A DNA stretch of 64,000 nucleotides from Chloroflexota bacterium (GTDB lineage Bacteria > Chloroflexota > UBA6077 > JACCZL01), in assembly GCA_020850535.1 (NCBI GenBank), contig JADZEM010000023.1, positions 26,522-90,521 of the forward strand, in the 5' to 3' direction. Shown in pieces: positions 58,190 to 64,000 of the stretch (position 1 is the first letter of the stretch; each line of letters opens with the position of its first letter). The notes beneath the pieces are model-generated. The model had not been told where the DNA came from and made no database searches. It was given only the letters and a program-made list of their open reading frames with translations. A program made the translations under genes and the position numbers.

Positions 58190-60238
58190 ATGCCGAGAAA
58201 CGCGGCACCCGCCACCGCGCCGCCACCGCTGCTTGATGACCCGATCGATAAGATCGTGCTGCCGCGCGAGACCGGGTCACATGGGGATGTCCTGGCCGTT
58301 GTCGGGCTTGCCGACTTCCTCCGCAACGCCACTGGAGATCGCCAGGTCAGCCTGAAGCAACTTGAGACCGCCTTTGCCGTCACACTCGCGCAGCCACGGC
58401 GCCCGTCCGAGATCGCCGCCAGCCCGATTCACCCAGGCTACAGATACGTGCAACCGAAGTCCGGATCAGCGAAACCCGAGAAGATGATCGACGAGGCGGA
58501 AGCCAACGAAGCAGAGGCCGCCGAGGCACAGGTCTCCGACGAACAGCCAAAGGCATCCGGGGCGAAGCGCAGAACGTCGAAGTCTGCGAAGACGCTGCCA
58601 GCATCGGTGCTACCCGGCGACGTGGTGGACTACCAGGCCGACCGTACCGCCATCAACGAGTTCCGGGTCCGCGAGACCGAGCTCCGCAAGACCCTCGTGG
58701 CGGCGAAGACGGACGAGCAGAAGCAGGCGATCCGCGAGCAGATCAACGCGCTCGGGCAGGAGTGGCCGGCCAGTGTCTCACGTCAGGATTGGCGGCGCTA
58801 TCCCCCGTATCTGATGCTCCAGGGACACGAGACTGCCAACAAGCTGTTCAGCGACCTCGTCGAGCCGGAGAACGAGGCCACCGTGCGAGCGACGGTGCAA
58901 GCTGCGCTCGTGGCACTGGCGCAGGGACGCCCGAGCGAGGCGGACTGGAAGGTGAGCACGGTTCAGGTGTTCTCGCCGAACGCGGCGAAGGGGTACGCGC
59001 GCCTCAAGCCGGATAGCACCGCGCGTGGGGACAAGACCAAGGATGCTTGGGCCGATCCGTTCCTGGAGTGGATGCGCTATCGGGGCTACTTTTCCGCCAC
59101 GATACCAGTCTTCCATGGAAGCAAGGGCGAGCACATCCGCGTGCTGACGCCGATCCCCCAGGACATCTCGCTGACCGCGTACCAACAGATTGTCGGGGAG
59201 ATCCCGACGCCGCCGCGCGGGACGAGCGCCGCCAAGATCGACATCCAGGCCACGCTCAAGATCGCCGAGATCCTGATCCAGCACTCAGAGATGTATCGGC
59301 AGGCGCGCGCCGAGGATGAGGTCGAGGACGATGACGATCTGATCGACCTTCACGAGAGGGCGCCGAGCGATCTCATCAGCGCGCTAGCCGTCACCAACTA
59401 TCAATCACTCGGGTCCGCGCGGGCCGTCTCGTTGATGAGCGAGTTGGCCGTGCCGGGCTGGTTCAAGATCCGCGAGTCACAGGACGTGCGTGATTGGCTG
59501 GCGATCCTTGGCGAGCACCTGAGCATCGTCCGTGGCCTGATGGACGATCATTCGGACGAACTGACGCTGCTCCTGACCTATCGGCGATTCCTGGGGCGGC
59601 GCGGCGACGAGGAGGGCAACGAGCCGGCGCTGGATGCTTTCCTCGACTTCGCCGGAGCGTATGGCAACCACGTTCTGCGCGCACGGGGGGCCGGTCGATC
59701 GGTCCGACAGTTCAGGGCCGATCTCTTTGTGAAGGTGGTGGAGTCTATGAGCAAGCCATACTCGGACATCCTCAAGAACGATGGGTTCCGAGCCATCGCA
59801 GCGGCAGTGCGCCGTGCGACGGTGGCCGCGCAGAGCCTCGATGCTCAGGGTCGCGAGCATCGCACCATTCGGTATGGACTATTGCCAGACCTTCGCCGCG
59901 CGAGTCAACAGTCCAATAGTCGCGAACTTCTCGTCACGGTGGCCGAGTTTGTTGAGCTCTACAACTCGGAGAATGCACGCCGCGAGGAGACATCGCACGA
60001 TAACAAGCCCTGGCATCGGCGGGTAAGCATGAGTCAGTTCGACGACTTCGTCAGGCTCGTCGATGATGCCGATTACGGAGCCGGCGTCGTCGGGGCGCTA
60101 CTGTGCGCGTACGGCACTTGCACCGAGCGCCGACCGGCCGACCAGGACGGATCTGGCACGGCAACCGACGAAGGCGGGCCTGTGGACGGGGGTGAGCCAG
60201 CCGCAGGCGATCCGCACGAATCGGTCGAGGAAGAGTAG
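58190..60238 (+). CDS. Type I large subunit, Cas8u2/Csx17-like (type I-G)
   Basis: 682 aa protein immediately after cas3 and before cas7, with an acidic C-terminal tail. No motif-level confirmation possible by eye. Confidence 0.5.
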   Translation: MPRNAAPATAPPPLLDDPIDKIVLPRETGSHGDVLAVVGLADFLRNATGDRQVSLKQLETAFAVTLAQPRRPSEIAASPIHPGYRYVQPKSGSAKPEKMIDEAEANEAEAAEAQVSDEQPKASGAKRRTSKSAKTLPASVLPGDVVDYQADRTAINEFRVRETELRKTLVAAKTDEQKQAIREQINALGQEWPASVSRQDWRRYPPYLMLQGHETANKLFSDLVEPENEATVRATVQAALVALAQGRPSEADWKVSTVQVFSPNAAKGYARLKPDSTARGDKTKDAWADPFLEWMRYRGYFSATIPVFHGSKGEHIRVLTPIPQDISLTAYQQIVGEIPTPPRGTSAAKIDIQATLKIAEILIQHSEMYRQARAEDEVEDDDDLIDLHERAPSDLISALAVTNYQSLGSARAVSLMSELAVPGWFKIRESQDVRDWLAILGEHLSIVRGLMDDHSDELTLLLTYRRFLGRRGDEEGNEPALDAFLDFAGAYGNHVLRARGAGRSVRQFRADLFVKVVESMSKPYSDILKNDGFRAIAAAVRRATVAAQSLDAQGREHRTIRYGLLPDLRRASQQSNSRELLVTVAEFVELYNSENARREETSHDNKPWHRRVSMSQFDDFVRLVDDADYGAGVVGALLCAYGTCTERRPADQDGSGTATDEGGPVDGGEPAAGDPHESVEEE

Positions 60239-60250
60239 GGGAGGGGCACC

Positions 60251-61240
60251 GTGGCAGCAACGTATTCTGTGGCGATCTCTGCGCGCCTGACGATGAACCT
60301 GCACAACCTCAACAGCGAGGGGACGGAGGGGAACCAGCAGCAAACCCGCATGGTCCACGTGGTGAATGCCGGCGGAAATCGGCAGTCGGTCAACGCCGTG
60401 AGCGGCGACATGTTCAAGCGGATTCTGGTCGATCACTTGATCCCGTTGCTGGCCGAGGCCGGCCAGCCGCTCTCGCCGGCAGCACAGCAGCACAGCCCAG
60501 ATCGGATCGTGGCCGGCTATGAACCGCTCCAAAAGCTGGCGGCGGACAAGAAGAACAACCCGGACAGCGCAGTCATGGCGATGATGGTTCGGGACTGCGC
60601 GGCGACGGACATTGCAGGTGCCTTGCTCACCGACAACCGGGCGGTGGGGCGGAAGTCGGTGGTAGAGTTCGGTTGGGTGGTCGGGCTACCGGAATTCACG
60701 CGCACCGAGCAGTATCTGCATGTCAAATACGCGCCTGAGGGACGGGGATCCTCGACAGGCCGTGATGATGCAACGCAAGAAGCGATTACGTCCGTGGCGG
60801 GACGGCAGGCGCTGTTCCACCGGCCGGCCTCGTCCGGGATCTACGCGCTGGTCTGCAATCTGGACCTCTACCGCATCGGCCTGAACGACATCACGCGAGA
60901 GTACGCGGTAGGAGCGGAAGCGCGGCAGGCCCGAGCGCGGGCGCTCCTCCAGGCGCTAGCGGCGACGTTGGTCAAGCCGGCCGGCGCTCAACGCAACACC
61001 CAGAACCCGCACATCGTGGGGTGCGAGGGGATCGTGGCCGTCTCGCGCTCCAGCCTGCCAGCGCCGATGTTGAGCCCGCTGGACGATGCGTATCAGGCCG
61101 AAGTTGAAGGGTGCGCTCGGGCGTTGAACAAGATCCAGGCGGATGGCATCTGGACGCAGCGGTTCGCATCGACGTCCGAGGCGCTTGACCTGCTGGCGTC
61201 GCTCTCCGCCGAGCTCGACTTGCCCGCCGCGGCGAGGTAA
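60251..61240 (+). CDS. cas7: Cas7 backbone RAMP (Csb1-like, type I-G)
   Basis: N-terminal AISARLTMNLHNLNSEGTEG matches the Cas7 start and SVNAVSGDMFKR matches the thumb/G-loop. 329 aa. Confidence 0.7.
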   Translation: MAATYSVAISARLTMNLHNLNSEGTEGNQQQTRMVHVVNAGGNRQSVNAVSGDMFKRILVDHLIPLLAEAGQPLSPAAQQHSPDRIVAGYEPLQKLAADKKNNPDSAVMAMMVRDCAATDIAGALLTDNRAVGRKSVVEFGWVVGLPEFTRTEQYLHVKYAPEGRGSSTGRDDATQEAITSVAGRQALFHRPASSGIYALVCNLDLYRIGLNDITREYAVGAEARQARARALLQALAATLVKPAGAQRNTQNPHIVGCEGIVAVSRSSLPAPMLSPLDDAYQAEVEGCARALNKIQADGIWTQRFASTSEALDLLASLSAELDLPAAAR

Positions 61241-61242
61241 CC

Positions 61243-62055
61243 ATGCCACCTCGAAAAACGCAGGCGAATTCACCGGATCGTGCTGTCGTCCGGGCTGCCC
61301 GCGCCAATTCCCTGGCCGACCCGGCACCGATTGCGGGAGTGCCAGGGCCGGGGCGCTGGCTGCTGGCTGAGCTCGCGCCGGTCAGCTTGTTCTCCCTGAA
61401 GACCAGTCAGGCAACCAGTGGTGTCGGCCGGACGCTGGTCGTGCCGACCCCCTACGCGATCAAAATGGCGTGCGTCGATGCGGCGTTTCGGGTCGGGTGG
61501 CCCGATTCGGACTGCGCCGAGTTGCTCGACACCCTTGTCGGCGTCGAGGTTCGTATCCGGCCGCCGGGTGCAGCGGTGGTGACGCACACGATCGTCAAAA
61601 TCCGTCAGGAGCCGAAGAAGCCGAGCCCGGAGCAGCCATACCTTTCTAGTGTGGCGTACCGCGAGGTCGTGTACCACGCGGGGCGGTGGCTCTGGGCGTT
61701 TGATCTGGCCGGCGGCGACGACCTGTTGGCTGGGCGCCTGGTTACGGCGCTGCCGCACGTGCGCTCTATTGGCAAGCGCGGGTCGTTCGTACAGTTCCTG
61801 GGATTTCAGCGAGCTGACGATCTGGGTGAAGGGTTCACGGCGCCGATCGTGACGGGCGACGATTTCAGGATCGGTGCGGCCTGGCACGTTCAGCAGCTCG
61901 ACGACTTCGGGCCGGAGGCGACGTTCGCTCGCTTGAGCACGTTCAGCGCGGAACGGGCGAGGCGAGACCGAGATCGTACCTTTACGACCACCATCATTCC
62001 GCTTGGCCTGGTGCGGTCAGGTCCGGGCTTCAGCGAGTACCGCGACAGGCCGTGA
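61243..62055 (+). CDS. cas5: Cas5-group RAMP (Csb2-like N-terminal module, not fused to Cas6)
   Basis: 270 aa RAMP-like protein with a Gly-rich segment (SIGKRGSFVQFLGF) directly after cas7. The canonical I-G Csb2 is a longer Cas5-Cas6 fusion. Confidence 0.55.
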   Translation: MPPRKTQANSPDRAVVRAARANSLADPAPIAGVPGPGRWLLAELAPVSLFSLKTSQATSGVGRTLVVPTPYAIKMACVDAAFRVGWPDSDCAELLDTLVGVEVRIRPPGAAVVTHTIVKIRQEPKKPSPEQPYLSSVAYREVVYHAGRWLWAFDLAGGDDLLAGRLVTALPHVRSIGKRGSFVQFLGFQRADDLGEGFTAPIVTGDDFRIGAAWHVQQLDDFGPEATFARLSTFSAERARRDRDRTFTTTIIPLGLVRSGPGFSEYRDRP

Positions 62056-62153
62056 ACGGTTCTGAGGCGACTTAGAGGGCGGCGCGTCGTACTTCGGGGT
62101 GATGGGGCGGAACTGAAGGAGGGGACTGAACGGAACAAGAGACGCGGAGGCGG

Positions 62154-62402
62154 GTGATGCGGTGCCTGGTGGTCTACGACATCTCGGATGGTCGCGCGCG
62201 GGCGAAGGTGGCGGACTACTGCCAGGACTACGGCCTCAGCCGCATCCAGTATTCCGCGTTTCTCGGCGACATCTCGCGCGCGCACCAGAACGAGCTGCTC
62301 CAGAAGATCCGCCGCCGGCTCGCTCGGCTGGAATCGAGAGTCGTCCTGCTCCCACTCTGCGAGACTGACTTCCGCGCTCGGCGGGAGGTGGTGATCTCAT
62401 GA
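62154..62402 (+). CDS. cas2: Cas2 endoribonuclease
   Basis: MRCLVVYDISDGRARAKVADYCQDYGLSRIQYSAFLGDIS is the canonical Cas2 N-terminus with catalytic Asp. About 82 aa. Confidence 0.8.
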   Translation: MMRCLVVYDISDGRARAKVADYCQDYGLSRIQYSAFLGDISRAHQNELLQKIRRRLARLESRVVLLPLCETDFRARREVVIS

Positions 62403-63046
62403 TCCCCACGCCTCCTGCGGGCACCGTTCCCGGCAATGCGTCGGGCGGTGCGAGCGCCGATCGCCTCCTCCTCGACCTGGCGGTGAGCGACGTCCGTCAG
62501 CACGTCTACTGCCCGCGTATCCCGTACTTTCGGCTGGGGGCACGTCTGCCGCACCGTTACGTGACCGGCGCGATGCAGGAGGGCATCCTGGAGCACCAGC
62601 GGACCGAAGCGCTCGAACAGCGACGGGGTCTGCGCGCATACGGGCTGTCAGACGGGGAGCGTTCCTTCGACGTACGGCTGCGCTCGGAGCGGCTGGCGTT
62701 GGGCGGCCGGCTCGACATGCTGATCAGCCGTTCATCTGAGGCGATCCCGGTTGAGTTCAAGAACACTCGAGCGGCGTTGGGGCTTCATCACAAATACCAG
62801 CTGGCGGCGTACGCGCTGCTCGCCGAGGAGCAGTTGGCGCGGCCGGCGCGACGAGCGTTCGTCTACTTCATCCCGTTGAAGCACGCGCAGGTGGTCGAGA
62901 TCACCTCGGCCGTGCGCGCATACACGAAGCGGGTGTTGAACGCGATCCGTGCCAGTGTGGCCGGCGAGCAGATGCCAGACGGTACACGGATACTCGAACG
63001 CTGCCGAGTGTGCGAGTTTCTGCCGTACTGCAACGACCGATGGTGA
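62399..63046 (+). CDS. cas4: Cas4 (RecB-like PD-(D/E)xK nuclease with Fe-S cysteines)
   Basis: N-terminal Cys (YCPRIPYF), nuclease motifs GRLDML / EFKNTR / QLAAYALL, and C-terminal CRVCEFLPYC cluster. Confidence 0.85.
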   Translation: MIPTPPAGTVPGNASGGASADRLLLDLAVSDVRQHVYCPRIPYFRLGARLPHRYVTGAMQEGILEHQRTEALEQRRGLRAYGLSDGERSFDVRLRSERLALGGRLDMLISRSSEAIPVEFKNTRAALGLHHKYQLAAYALLAEEQLARPARRAFVYFIPLKHAQVVEITSAVRAYTKRVLNAIRASVAGEQMPDGTRILERCRVCEFLPYCNDRW

Positions 63047-63081
63047 CGGGCTCGGCCGCATCGGCCGGCAGGGAGGGTGGG

Positions 63082-63960
63082 ATGTACTTCGCATCGACCG
63101 AGGAGCAGCGCTGGGTCCAGCGCGGGCTGTTGCCGGATCTGCGCCGACAGCCAGTTGCCGAGGAGCTGCGCGGCTGGAATTGGGACCGGCCGCCGCTGAG
63201 GTCGATCTACGACCGGCCCCTCGGCGTGTACGAGGTGGCCGGGAAGTACTGCCCGACGGGACGTGACGTCTTCTTGCGCCGTGTTCAGCAGTTGAAAACC
63301 GTTCCGAACGTGGGGATGCGCGAAGGGCAACGACTGCATCGAGTGGTGGCCGACGTGCTGACCGAAGCGAAGCGGCTCATCTACGTGCACGGTCAGGCCA
63401 GCGTCCCGTTCCTCGAGGCTCTCGCGAGTGGCGTGCGATCCCGTGATGAAGACGACGCCAGGCCAACCGAGGAAGATGACCTTTCGGCCACGAAGGTCCG
63501 AGCGGTTCGGGCGTTCGAGTCGCGCCGGATCGTCGAGCGCGTCGAGGCGGTACTGGCGCGCCAGCCGCACATCCAGGCCGACGGACTGGCGATGCTGGCG
63601 CTGCCGGTGAGCGTCGAGATGAAGCTCGACGGGCGGTTCCTCGGCCTGAGTGAGCACCTTGCGGCGGACGGCATCTCGTTTCCGGATACGGCCGTGCTGG
63701 ATCTGAAGTTTGGGCTGAGGGAGCCGTTCCACCGTTTGACGACGACTGGGTACGCGTTGGTGCTGGAGAGCCTGTTCGAGCGGCCGGTCGATGTCGGGTG
63801 TGTAGTGTACGCCAGATTCATGAACGGACGTATCGTAGTCGAGCGAGATTTCCATCTCATCGGGGACGAGCTGCGCCAGATGTTCGTCGAGGAGCGTGAC
63901 GAGAAGGTCCGACTGGTGGCTGAGGAGCTAGATCCGGGTCTGCCGGCCGTCTGTCCCCGG
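63082..63960 (+). CDS. Second Cas4-like PD-(D/E)xK protein, partial (no stop in window); possibly the N-terminal part of a Cas4-Cas1 fusion
   Basis: Not in ORF track (open to window end). ATG at 63082 preceded by GGGAGGG. N-terminal YCPTGRDVF, nuclease-like LDLKFG...TTGYALVLE, and late Cys cluster CPRSCPYLRTC. Confidence 0.5.
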
Positions 63961-64000
63961 TCCTGCCCGTATCTGCGGACGTGCCGGCCGGCCGATCAGG

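Noticed and set aside
62863-63855. 330-aa minus ORF
   Set aside because: Antisense to cas4 and the second Cas4-like gene, both of which carry clear nuclease and Cys-cluster motifs.
45194-63960. Possible CRISPR repeat array within the cas island
   Set aside because: Visual scan of all non-coding gaps found no periodic direct repeats. Only isolated hairpins. Reported as absent from the window rather than as a feature.

Overview
High-GC (~68%) bacterial chromosomal window, gene content reminiscent of Chloroflexi/Thermomicrobia-like organisms. Calls rest on reading the six-frame translations for family motifs; no database searches were run. Positions 1-45,000 are ordinary housekeeping and envelope genes. 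(1) A minus-strand cytochrome c maturation operon: resA/tlpA-ccdA-membrane protein-ccmE-ccmF-ccmH-small membrane protein. The CcmE carries Cys in place of the canonical heme-binding His. (2) Regulators and secreted beta-propeller/Kelch proteins. (3) pyrB-like carbamoyltransferase, H+-pyrophosphatase (hppA), murG. (4) A siroheme/tetrapyrrole cluster: sirC-hemC-cobA/hemD fusion. (5) A Ser/Thr kinase, inositol monophosphatase, MFS transporters, a polysaccharide flippase, a GT39-like glycosyltransferase, an S2P/CBS protease, OsmC, an F420/LLM oxidoreductase, cell-wall peptidases (M14, VanY/M15, SpoIID) and a Wzz-like protein. (6) A peptide-type ABC uptake system without ATPase genes, next to a GH2 glycosidase and an enolase-superfamily dehydratase. 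The accessory region is positions 45,194-63,960, a roughly 19 kb composite CRISPR-Cas island with no CRISPR array visible in the window. It begins with a frameshifted sigma-like/HerA-like P-loop fragment that runs directly into a minimal Cas10 (GGDD palm, no HD, no Zn finger). Then follow cmr3-cmr4-cmr5-cmr6, a CARF-HEPN (Csx1/TIGR02710-like) gene, a Cas6-like gene with a Cys4 insertion, and cas1. A UPF0175/DUF3368(PIN) toxin-antitoxin pair on the opposite strand and a small ORF translationally coupled to cas3 come next. A type I-G-like module closes the window: cas3 with C-terminal HD, cas8u2/csx17-like, cas7, unfused cas5, cas2, cas4 and a second Cas4-like ORF that runs off the window end and may be a Cas4-Cas1 fusion. 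Many long antisense ORFs in the track are high-GC artefacts and were rejected.
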